A stretch of DNA of 64,000 bases from an uncultured Candidatus Saccharibacteria bacterium (GTDB lineage Bacteria > Patescibacteriota > Minisyncoccia > Phycocordibacterales > UBA9973). The DNA lies in contig CAZFSV010000003.1 of assembly GCA_964522195.1 (NCBI GenBank), positions 29,575-93,574 on the forward strand, in the 5' to 3' direction. Below, piece after piece: positions 56,003 through 64,000 of this stretch. The notes below the pieces were generated by a model. That model saw nothing but the letters and a program-made list of their open reading frames with translations. It did not search any database and was not told where the DNA came from. The translations under genes and the position numbers were made by a program. The number at the start of each line of letters is the position of its first letter. Positions within the stretch are counted from its first letter, which is position 1.

Positions 56003-57010
56003 ATGGTTAAAAATATTAAAAATGGTGTGCGGACTGCTGAATTTGTAAGTCCTATGCATCCAGATAAAATTTGTGATTTTATTGCAGATTCTTTGTTAGA
56101 TAAATATCTAGCGCTTGATCCTAAAAGTCGAGTGGCTATAGAAGTCATGGGTGGGCATAATTTAATTACAATTAATGGAGAAGTAAGTTCTCAAAATTCA
56201 TTTAACATAGAAAATGAAGTATTAACTATTTTAAATAGACTTAATATTGATACTTTAGATTTTAAAATAATTTATAATATAGATATTCAAAGTCCTCAAA
56301 TTGCTCGCAGCGTAGATATTGGTGGAGCAGGAGATCAAGGTATAATGCTCGGCTATGCTACAAATCAAACAGAAAACTTTATGCCTTTAGAATATGAACT
56401 TGCGAGAGATTTATGTAAAAGTATTTTTGAAATTTATCCCTACGATGGTAAAACTCAAGTGACGGTAGACGGAAATAAAGTTCTGGTAGTTTTAGCTAGT
56501 TTCCAAAATTCTAAAAATGAAAATTTATTAAAATTAGTTAAAGAAAAGATAGAAATTTGGTCTCAAAATGGCTTAGATATTACAAATGTTAAATACTTGG
56601 TAAATCCAAGCGGAGAGTGGGATTTAGGCAATTTTGACGCTGATACAGGGCTTTCTGGGCGTAAACTTATAATAGATAATTATGGCCCTGAGGTTAGGAT
56701 TGGAGGAGGTTCTTTTTCTGGTAAAGATTATACAAAAGTAGATCGGAGTGGAGCATACATATCTCGTAAGATTGCCCTTGATTTACTCAAAAAATATTCT
56801 GCAGAAGAAGTAATAGTAAAAATAGCATATGCTATAGGTATAAAAGACCCAGTTATGAAAATAGCAATTATAGATGGCAAGGAAACAGAAATTGAAGATT
56901 ATGATTTGAGTCCAAAAGGTATTTACGAAAAATTAGAATTAAATAAAATAAAATTTTCTGAAACTGCAAATTGGGGACATTTTGGTAGAAATTTTTCTTG
57001 GGATAAATAA
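56003..57010 (+). CDS. metK: S-adenosylmethionine synthetase (short bacterial type)
   Basis: TAEFVSPMHPDKICDFIADSLLD and GGGSFSGKDYTKVDRSGAY. Confidence 0.8.
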   Translation: MVKNIKNGVRTAEFVSPMHPDKICDFIADSLLDKYLALDPKSRVAIEVMGGHNLITINGEVSSQNSFNIENEVLTILNRLNIDTLDFKIIYNIDIQSPQIARSVDIGGAGDQGIMLGYATNQTENFMPLEYELARDLCKSIFEIYPYDGKTQVTVDGNKVLVVLASFQNSKNENLLKLVKEKIEIWSQNGLDITNVKYLVNPSGEWDLGNFDADTGLSGRKLIIDNYGPEVRIGGGSFSGKDYTKVDRSGAYISRKIALDLLKKYSAEEVIVKIAYAIGIKDPVMKIAIIDGKETEIEDYDLSPKGIYEKLELNKIKFSETANWGHFGRNFSWDK

Positions 57011-57013
57011 AAT

Positions 57014-58630
57014 TTGAAAATAAGTTATAATAGGTTAATGACTCAAGAAGAAGCCTTGAATATTTTAAAGACTGGAGCTAATGTGTTTTTAACTGGAGAA
57101 CCAGGATCAGGGAAAACTTTTACTATAAATAAATATATAGCTTATTTAAAAGAGCGTGAAATTGATGTTGCTATTACAGCTTCAACAGGTATTGCTGCTA
57201 CTCATATAGGGGGCGTTACTATTCATTCTTGGAGTGGGATTGGTATTAAGGAAAACTTAGATAAATATGATTTAGATAAATTATCTACTACGGAATATTT
57301 AGTAAAAAGAATTTCAAAAACTAAAGTTTTGATTATAGATGAAATATCGATGCTTCATGCTAAAACTTTAAATATGGTAGATAGAGTTTGTAGACTTATT
57401 AGAAGTAGCGATGAAGCTTTTGGTGGACTGCAAGTGGTCTTTGTTGGAGATTTCTTTCAATTACCTCCAATTAATAAAAAGATAAAAGAAGAGAAAGAAA
57501 TTCAATTATTTGAAGAAGAAAAAAAAGGGGATTTTGCTTATGATTCTTTTGCTTGGGTGAAAGCAAGCCCGATTGTTTGTTATATCAAGGAACAACACAG
57601 ACAAGACTCTGAAGAATTTTTAGATTTATTACTCGCTATTCGTAGCGGGAATTTAGAAAGAGAGCATGTAGAATATTTAAAATCTCGAACTATTAGCAGA
57701 GAAAAATTTCCTCCAAATATTACAAAACTTTTTTCTCATAATTTTGATGTAGATAGAGTTAATTCTCAAATGCTTTCAAAAATATCTGGAGAAGAGAAAG
57801 TATTTAATATGATATCTTCAGGTAATGCGAATATTGTAAATAATTTGAAAAAAGGTTGTCTTTCTCCCGAGGTTTTGATTTTGAAAAAAGGAGCTGTTGT
57901 AATGTGCACCAAAAACAATCCTAAAGAAAAATATGTAAATGGAACTTTAGGTGAAGTTATTGATTTTGATTCTTTCTCTTATGAACCAATTATCAAGACT
58001 AAAGATGGAAGAGAAATAAAAATAAGTCCACTTGATTGGAGTATAGAAGAAAATGGAAAAATAAAAGGTAAAGTAAGTCAGATACCACTTAGGCTTGCTT
58101 GGGCTATAACCGTTCATAAAAGTCAAGGTATGAGTATGGATAGTGCTATTATGGATTTATCTTCTGTTTTTGAATACGGGCAAGGTTATGTAGCTCTTTC
58201 TCGGGTGCGTAGTATCGAAGGCCTATATCTTTTAGGGTTTAATGATATGTCTCTTTTAGTTCATCCAGAAATTTTGGAGCAAGATAAAATTTTTTTAGAT
58301 TTTTCAGATAAAGCAAGAAAACTTTTCGGTGAAATGGAAAAAGAAGAATTAGAAAAAATGCACAAGAATTTTATTGTAGCTTCTGATGGAAAATGGAAAG
58401 ATAAGAAAGAAAAAAATAAAGAAGAAAATACAGAATTAGAAATTTCTAAATTAGAAAAAATTAGGCAAAAGCATACCAATGCTTATAAAAAATGGACTCC
58501 CGAAGAAGAAGAGGATTTAATCAAAAGTTTCAATCAAGGTAAAAAGATAAAAGATATTGCTAAAGATAGTGGTAGGCAAGTAGGAGGTATAAAATCAAGA
58601 TTAATTAAGCTCGGTTTAATAGAAGAATAA
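57014..58630 (+). CDS. PIF1/RecD-family DNA helicase with a C-terminal HTH
   Basis: Walker A GEPGSGKTF, Walker B LIIDEISML and a C-terminal KDIAKDSGRQVGGIKSRLIKLGL. Confidence 0.6.
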   Translation: MKISYNRLMTQEEALNILKTGANVFLTGEPGSGKTFTINKYIAYLKEREIDVAITASTGIAATHIGGVTIHSWSGIGIKENLDKYDLDKLSTTEYLVKRISKTKVLIIDEISMLHAKTLNMVDRVCRLIRSSDEAFGGLQVVFVGDFFQLPPINKKIKEEKEIQLFEEEKKGDFAYDSFAWVKASPIVCYIKEQHRQDSEEFLDLLLAIRSGNLEREHVEYLKSRTISREKFPPNITKLFSHNFDVDRVNSQMLSKISGEEKVFNMISSGNANIVNNLKKGCLSPEVLILKKGAVVMCTKNNPKEKYVNGTLGEVIDFDSFSYEPIIKTKDGREIKISPLDWSIEENGKIKGKVSQIPLRLAWAITVHKSQGMSMDSAIMDLSSVFEYGQGYVALSRVRSIEGLYLLGFNDMSLLVHPEILEQDKIFLDFSDKARKLFGEMEKEELEKMHKNFIVASDGKWKDKKEKNKEENTELEISKLEKIRQKHTNAYKKWTPEEEEDLIKSFNQGKKIKDIAKDSGRQVGGIKSRLIKLGLIEE

Positions 58631-58679
58631 ATTGATTTTAAGAGCTTGACATATTTTTTAAATATGCTATACTCTATTT

Positions 58680-58895
58680 AGATTTGTAAAAAATATAAAG
58701 AAGAACGAAAAGCTAGGCGACAAGTAGCCTGCAATCCACACAAAGCCCCCTGAGTAGTTCTTCTTAAAAATATAGAGAAGGGTCAATATAGAGTACCCCC
58801 CATACGCACCCAAAAAGGCTCTTGAGGCCCTTCTCAAAAAATTAGATAACCAAAAACAGAGAATGTGGGTCCTTTTTTAAAAAGGGCCCTTTTTT
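58680..58895 (+). ncRNA. candidate small non-coding RNA (unknown family)
   Basis: A consensus promoter (TTGACA 58646..58651, 16-nt spacer, TATACT 58668..58673). It is followed by ~215 nt with no ORF and two closed stems (aagaagaac...gttcttctt; gagaaggg...cccttctc), then the strong terminator gggtcc-tttttaaaaa-gggccctttttt. Confidence 0.4.
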
Positions 58896-58949
58896 ATTCC
58901 TAAAAAAGTTATATAATAAAAGTATTATTATTATTAAAAATTAAATTTT

Positions 58950-59327
58950 ATGTTAAACGATTTTAAGCAATTTTTATTAAGAGGTAATGTTGTGGATCTT
59001 GCTGTGGGTGTTGTTATTGGTACTGCTTTTGGTAGTGTAGTTTCTTCACTCGTGGCTGATTTATTAACTCCTTTAATTTCAGCAATTGCAAAGTTGCCTG
59101 ATTTTAGTGGACTTAATTTTACTTTAAATGGTAGTACTTTTAAATATGGTAATTTTATAAATGTTTTAATTTCTTTTATTATGGTTGCAGGTGCTATATT
59201 CTTTTTTGTAGTAAAACCAATGAATATTTTAGTGAATAAAATGAAAAAAGAAAAACCAGCAGATGCTCCCAAAGGTCCTTCTGAAGTAGAGTTGTTGCAA
59301 GAAATTAGAGATTTGTTAAAAAAATAA
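58950..59327 (+). CDS. mscL: large-conductance mechanosensitive channel
   Basis: FKQFLLRGNVVDLAVGVVIGTAFG. Confidence 0.85.
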   Translation: MLNDFKQFLLRGNVVDLAVGVVIGTAFGSVVSSLVADLLTPLISAIAKLPDFSGLNFTLNGSTFKYGNFINVLISFIMVAGAIFFFVVKPMNILVNKMKKEKPADAPKGPSEVELLQEIRDLLKK

Positions 59328-59399
59328 TATTTTTAAAATAAAAGACCTCAAAGAAAATGAGGTTTTTTATTTTTAGTATTTATAGTAAACTTATAAAAT

Positions 59400-60059
59400 A
59401 TGAAGAATTATAAATATTTAACTTATATTACTGTTTTTTTTGTTTCGGTTTTAATGATATCTAATATTGTTTCTGTTAAAATTATTGATTTTGGACTTTT
59501 TACTTTTGATGCAGGGACTTTGCTTTTCCCATTATCTTATATTTTTGGAGATATTTTAACTGAAGTGTATGGTTATAAAAAAACTAAAGAAGTTATTTGG
59601 TTAGGTTTCTTTATGGCTTTCTTTATGTCTTTAGTCTTTATTTTAGTAGCTTATTTGCCACCAGCTTCTGATTGGACTTTGAATGAAGATTATAAAAATA
59701 TTTTAGGCGCTGCTCCTAGGATTGTTTTTGCTTCTTTGATAGCTTATTTATTAGGGTCTTTTTCAAATTCTATAATTTTAGCTAAGATGAAAATTTGGAC
59801 TAATGGTCGTAAGCTTTGGGCAAGAACGATAGGATCAACTTTAGTAGGAGAATTAATAGATAGCACTTTATTTATTTTAATAGCATTTTTGGGTGTTTTA
59901 CCATCATCTCTTCTTTTGACTTTAATAATTTCAAATTATATTTTTAAAAGTTTAGTTGAGATATTATTTACTCCTTTGACTTATAAAGTAGTCAATTTTT
60001 TGAAAAAAGCTGAAGGAGAAGATTATTTTGATAAAGAAACTAAATTTAATATTTTATAA
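59400..60059 (+). CDS. queuosine-precursor transporter-like membrane protein (YhhQ/COG1738 family)
   Basis: LFPLSYIFGDILTEVYGY. Confidence 0.6.
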   Translation: MKNYKYLTYITVFFVSVLMISNIVSVKIIDFGLFTFDAGTLLFPLSYIFGDILTEVYGYKKTKEVIWLGFFMAFFMSLVFILVAYLPPASDWTLNEDYKNILGAAPRIVFASLIAYLLGSFSNSIILAKMKIWTNGRKLWARTIGSTLVGELIDSTLFILIAFLGVLPSSLLLTLIISNYIFKSLVEILFTPLTYKVVNFLKKAEGEDYFDKETKFNIL

Positions 60060-60061
60060 AA

Positions 60062-60652
60062 ATGTTAGAATTTTTTGATATTCCTTATATTATTACAACT
60101 TATGGCTATGCCGGTATTTTTATAATTGTATTTTTAGAATCAGGAATATTTTTTGCATTACCAGGAGATTCTTTGCTTTTTGTTGCAGGGCTTTTGACTA
60201 TTTCTGGAATTTTAAATATTTATCTTTTAATACCTCTAATTTTTATTTCTACTTTTTTTGGAGGAGTTGCTGGCTTTCATATTGGAAAACATTTGCACGG
60301 TTTAAGAAAATTTTATATTTTTAGAAAAATTTTAAAAGAAAAATATATTAATCAAACTCATGATTTTTTTGATAAATATGGAAAAATTGCTATTTTAATT
60401 TCTCGCTTTGTTCCTATTGTTAGGACTTTTGTCCCTATTATTGCTGGTATTGCAAAAATGGATTATTTAAAATTTTTAAAATATAATTTAATTTCTTCAA
60501 TGCTTTGGGCAACCATTGTGCCATTGGTTGGATATTCTTTAGGTTTAATTTTTCCAGAAATTAAAAATTATTTATCTTATTTAATTATCTTGGTTGTTTT
60601 GATTTCTATATTGCCAGCTATAATAGAATTTTTTAGACAAAAAAAGTCTTAA
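60062..60652 (+). CDS. DedA-family membrane protein
   Basis: FFALPGDSLLFVAGLL. Confidence 0.65.
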   Translation: MLEFFDIPYIITTYGYAGIFIIVFLESGIFFALPGDSLLFVAGLLTISGILNIYLLIPLIFISTFFGGVAGFHIGKHLHGLRKFYIFRKILKEKYINQTHDFFDKYGKIAILISRFVPIVRTFVPIIAGIAKMDYLKFLKYNLISSMLWATIVPLVGYSLGLIFPEIKNYLSYLIILVVLISILPAIIEFFRQKKS

Positions 60653-61496
60653 GAAATTTAATAATTTTATTTTTTTCTTGAGGCAAAAACCAATGTATTT
60701 CTTTGTCTTTTTTAAACCAAGTTAATTGTCTTTTGGCATATTGATTTGATTTTAGAATTACAGATTCTACCTTAGGATTATAATATTCAAAACCAAACTC
60801 TTTTAATTTTTGATCAGTAATTCCAATTTTCTTTAAATTTTCTATCTCAGTTAAAAGCCCATCCTTAAACATTTTTTTAACCCTTTTTGTGATTTTTTGA
60901 TTTATTTCTTCTTTAGGTAAATTAAGTCCGATTTTAATAAATTCATATTCACTTGGCGGTTTTACCGCCAAGTGAGGTACTTTTCCTAAAGCTTCTACTA
61001 TTTCTATAGCTCGAATTAATCTAACATTGTTTTTTGCATCAATACTTAAAGCTCTTTCTTTGTCTAAAGAAAGTAGTGTTTTATAATTTTCTTCCGGAGA
61101 ATTTTTACTTAGTTCTTCTCTTAATTTTAAATTCGCTGGTACAGCAGGTAAAATAAAATTCTTTACAACAGCATCAATATAAAATCCAGTTCCTCCGCAA
61201 ATGATAGGAGTTTTGCCTCGTTTTATGATCTCTTTTATCTTATTTAAAGCGTATTTTTGATACATAACTACGCTATAAGTTTTTTTAGGACTTACTAGAT
61301 CTAGGCCGTGATGGGGAATACCTTCCATTTCTTTTGTTGTAATTTTACCTGTACCGATATCAAGGTATTTATAAACCTGTCGTGAATCAGCTGAAATAAC
61401 CTCGCCTTTATAAAGTTTGGCAATTTTAACAGATAAAGAACTTTTCCCAACTCCGGTAGGTCCTAAAATTATTAAAACTTTATTTTTAGCTTTCAT
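60633..61496 (-). CDS. miaA: tRNA dimethylallyltransferase
   Basis: [16 protein letters not shown]...ISADSRQVYK. Confidence 0.8.
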   Translation of the reverse strand: MKAKNKVLIILGPTGVGKSSLSVKIAKLYKGEVISADSRQVYKYLDIGTGKITTKEMEGIPHHGLDLVSPKKTYSVVMYQKYALNKIKEIIKRGKTPIICGGTGFYIDAVVKNFILPAVPANLKLREELSKNSPEENYKTLLSLDKERALSIDAKNNVRLIRAIEIVEALGKVPHLAVKPPSEYEFIKIGLNLPKEEINQKITKRVKKMFKDGLLTEIENLKKIGITDQKLKEFGFEYYNPKVESVILKSNQYAKRQLTWFKKDKEIHWFLPQEKNKIIKFLKTFFV

Positions 61497-62824
61497 TAGT
61501 TTTTGATGATTTTTATGTCTGCACCAAGAGAGTTTAGTCTTTCTGCTATTTCTTCGTAACCACGATTTATCATATAAACATTACGAAGAATAGAAACCCC
61601 ATTTGCGCCAAGCATAGCTATCAAGATAACCACAGAAGGACGTAATGCAGGAGGGCAGACAACTTGAGCGGGTTTCAATTTTGTAGGTCCTTCTATATAA
61701 ACTCTATGTGGGTCGGCTAAAGTTACATTTCCCCCAAGGCGATTTAATTCTGCAAAATATATAGCACGGTTCTCATAAACCCAATCATGAATCATAGTTT
61801 TTCCTGTTGCCACAAGAGCAATAGGGGCAAAAAATGGTAAGTTATCCATATTTATTCCAGGGTATGGGTTTGCATGGATTTTGTCTTCCAAGGCTTTTAA
61901 TTTAGAAGGAAAAATTTCTATATCTACTAAATTTGTCCTACCGTTATATGATTTATAAACTTTACCTAATTTAAATCGGAGTCCCATACGGCGTAATTTT
62001 TCAAGTTCTAAAGAAAGAAAATCAATAGGAGAGCGAAGTATTTTTATATTTGAATTTGTTACTATTCCAGCTGAAATAAACATCATAGATTCTATTGGAT
62101 CTTCACTGTTGGTGTATTCTATATCTTGGTTTATTTCCTTAACTCCGTGAACTATAAGTTTTGAACTTCCAATACCTTCTATTTTTACACCCAAGGACTC
62201 TAAAAAGAAACAAATTTCTTGTACCATATAATTTGCACTTGCAAAAGATATAGTAGTTTTTCCAGGTATTAGTGCTGAAGCGGTTAAAATATTTTCACAA
62301 GCAGTATCTCCAGCTTCATACATAACTATATTATTAGCTTTTAGTTTAGTGTTATTTATTTCATAACTATTATTTGTAGTTTTTATTTTAACACCTAGTT
62401 CGTTTAATGCATAAGTGTGAGCTGAGATTGTTCTTTTACCTAAATTACAACCTGAAGCGTGAGGTATAGAAAAATTTTTTAAATAATGGATTAAAGGACC
62501 TATTATCATTATAATAGAGCGTGTTTTGATTGCTGATTCTGTATTAATACTTTTTAAGTTAAAAATTTCTGGAGGAGTAATTATTAAAGAATTATTTTTA
62601 ATCCATTTTACAGAAACCCCAATACTTTCTAGAATTTCTATAACACGATAAACTTCTTCTATTCGTGCGATACCGTGCAAAGTCGTTTTACCACGATTAA
62701 GTAGGGAAGCACAAAGAAGCCCTACTGAGCCATTTTTGGAAAAATTAGTAGTAATAGAACCTGATAATTTCCTGCCTCCATTTACTTCAAAATCTATTGA
62801 GTTGTATTTTGTATTTTTTGACAT
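61496..62824 (-). CDS. murA: UDP-N-acetylglucosamine 1-carboxyvinyltransferase
   Basis: EPSP-synthase fold with the catalytic-Cys loop ASGCNLGKR. 442 aa. Confidence 0.75.
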   Translation of the reverse strand: MSKNTKYNSIDFEVNGGRKLSGSITTNFSKNGSVGLLCASLLNRGKTTLHGIARIEEVYRVIEILESIGVSVKWIKNNSLIITPPEIFNLKSINTESAIKTRSIIMIIGPLIHYLKNFSIPHASGCNLGKRTISAHTYALNELGVKIKTTNNSYEINNTKLKANNIVMYEAGDTACENILTASALIPGKTTISFASANYMVQEICFFLESLGVKIEGIGSSKLIVHGVKEINQDIEYTNSEDPIESMMFISAGIVTNSNIKILRSPIDFLSLELEKLRRMGLRFKLGKVYKSYNGRTNLVDIEIFPSKLKALEDKIHANPYPGINMDNLPFFAPIALVATGKTMIHDWVYENRAIYFAELNRLGGNVTLADPHRVYIEGPTKLKPAQVVCPPALRPSVVILIAMLGANGVSILRNVYMINRGYEEIAERLNSLGADIKIIKN

Positions 62825-63287
62825 ATTTAAAATAATTTTATCAGAAAAAGTCTTTTAAATCAAAGAGGCCCTGAACTTAAGTCCAGGGCCATTTTTATGT
62901 ATTTTACTTGTAAGTTCAGGCTTGGCCTGTTGCAAAAGTTAAAATACTTCTTTTTATTTAATTTGGGATGAGCAAATTATTTTTATAAAATTTTTTATAA
63001 AATTTCTCCTTTCAAAAATTAAGATTATTTTCATTAATAAACTTAAGCCATTTTTTAATTTATGAGAAATTTATTCTCCTTTTTTGGCTTGTAAATTAAG
63101 CTTTATCTTATTTTTTCCATTTAAAATGGTATAAAATAATAATATAAATAATAATCCACCTTCTCCCTGTAAAGAACTGTATATCTCTTATACTATAGCA
63201 TTTTTATAAAATAAAGTCAAGTGCTTAATTAAAATAAATAAATTCAATACAAAAAAGACTTAATTTAAATTAAGTCTTTTTTGTATG

Positions 63288-63369
63288 TGCCGGAGGAGAG
63301 AATCGAACTCTCACACCTTGCGATACACGATTTTGAGTCGTGCGCGTCTACCAATTCCGCCACTCCGGC
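63288..63369 (-). tRNA. tRNA-Leu (anticodon CAA)
   Basis: Reverse complement GCCGGAGTGGCGGAATTGGTAGACGCGCACGACTCAAAATCGTG...GAGAGTTCGATTCTCTCCTCCGGCA. Confidence 0.8.
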
Positions 63370-63535
63370 TATTTGCAAAATATACTTTGTATTTTGCATT
63401 TTGTAAACAAAACCATAGCCGGAGTGTCGGCCTCCTTAGGATGAAAATCAAAGCAGTTTGATTTTCATCCACTCCGGCTATTATTTTTCTTTTCCACATT
63501 TTAACTTTATCAGAAATTTATGCTAAAATCAATTT

Positions 63536-64000
63536 ATGTCTAACTTATATTCAAATTCAATTTTCTGGATCGATACAGATAAAATAAAACCAAACCCTTA
63601 TCAACCTCGTCGTGAATTCGATGAGGCTAAACTTTTAGAGCTTGCTGATTCCATCAAGCAATACGGAGTCTTACAACCTTTAACAGTTTCAAGAATAGAG
63701 AAAGAAAAAGAAGATGGAGGATTAGTAACAGAATATGAATTAATTGCAGGAGAGAGAAGATTGCGTGCTTCGATAATTGCCAAAGTAGCTCAAGTCCCAG
63801 TAATTATTAGAATGGGAGATAATTCTTTGATGAAGTTAGAGCTTGCTATTTTAGAGAATTTACAAAGAGAAGATTTGAATGCTGTTGATCGAGCAAGAGC
63901 ATTTTTTAGATTAGTAAATGAATTTAAATTTACTCATGCTGAAGTTGCAAAGAAAATGGGACGCAGTCGTGAATATGTTTCTAATTCTTTGCGAATTTTA
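63536..64000 (+). CDS. parB: ParB/Spo0J partition protein (N-terminal part; continues past the window)
   Basis: PNPYQPRREFDE...GVLQPL.V....YELIAGERRLRAS. Confidence 0.75.
   Translation, partial: MSNLYSNSIFWIDTDKIKPNPYQPRREFDEAKLLELADSIKQYGVLQPLTVSRIEKEKEDGGLVTEYELIAGERRLRASIIAKVAQVPVIIRMGDNSLMKLELAILENLQREDLNAVDRARAFFRLVNEFKFTHAEVAKKMGRSREYVSNSLRIL

Noticed and set aside
62900-63287. Possible degraded gene or mobile-element remnant in the 390-nt AT-rich gap before tRNA-Leu(CAA)
   Set aside because: No ORF, no repeats and no recognisable motif. The only features are hairpin terminators at 62869..62900 and 63251..63282.
1-64000. Alternative genetic code (UGA recoding, as in some CPR lineages)
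   Set aside because: Many long ORFs (clpB, typA, the 1126-aa protein) are intact under the standard stop set, and domain boundaries end at TGA/TAA/TAG as expected.
1-64000. CRISPR array, integrase or transposase
   Set aside because: No regularly spaced direct repeats with unique spacers and no recombinase or transposase motifs were seen. The repeats present are tRNA-end duplications and promoter/leader duplications.

Overview
This is an AT-rich fragment of a reduced bacterial genome whose gene content and style suggest the Candidate Phyla Radiation (Patescibacteria). The long intact ORFs fit the standard genetic code, so nothing suggests UGA recoding. Genes are densely packed, mostly on the + strand, and carry many perfect hairpin–T-run terminators and near-consensus TTGACA/TATAAT promoters.

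Core content:
- gyrA 3' end, clpB, typA, infB–rbfA, mnmA, alaS (short form), mltG, ddl–alr, murA, miaA, metK, mscL.
- A ribosomal cluster: infA–rpmJ–rpsM–rpsK–rpsD–rpoA–rplQ, then rplM–rpsI.
- grpE and dnaJ, with no dnaK between them.
- Eight tRNAs: Leu-TAA, Lys-CTT, Leu-TAG, Cys-GCA, Tyr-GTA, Trp-CCA, Leu-CAA, plus missed small genes rpmJ and rpmG.
- A ParB fragment at the right edge.

Accessory or unusual content:
1. A tandem array of six small secreted two-TM proteins with VirB2/TrbC-like topology at 3.67–6.22 kb, in two subfamilies, with an 83-nt perfectly identical gene-conversion tract between neighbours.
2. Conserved ~140-nt mini-elements sitting directly after tRNA genes and bounded by exact 16–22 nt direct repeats of the tRNA 3' end.
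3. A tRNA-Trp-linked island (47.2–50.5 kb) built of tandem cassettes. Each cassette is a degenerate tRNA-Trp 3' end-like site, then a near-identical promoter, a structured leader and the start of the ORF, then an unrelated small gene.
4. A paralogous pair of Cys-rich multi-zinc-ribbon proteins (one split by a frameshift at a poly-A tract) next to a TM-less TraD/VirD4-like AAA ATPase, all lying between grpE and dnaJ.
5. A 1126-aa surface-anchored protein with an LCAT/PGAP1-like lipase domain.
6. A promoter-to-terminator ~215-nt candidate ncRNA.
7. A SAM-I-like riboswitch with terminator ahead of a short metK.

No CRISPR array, integrase or transposase was seen.
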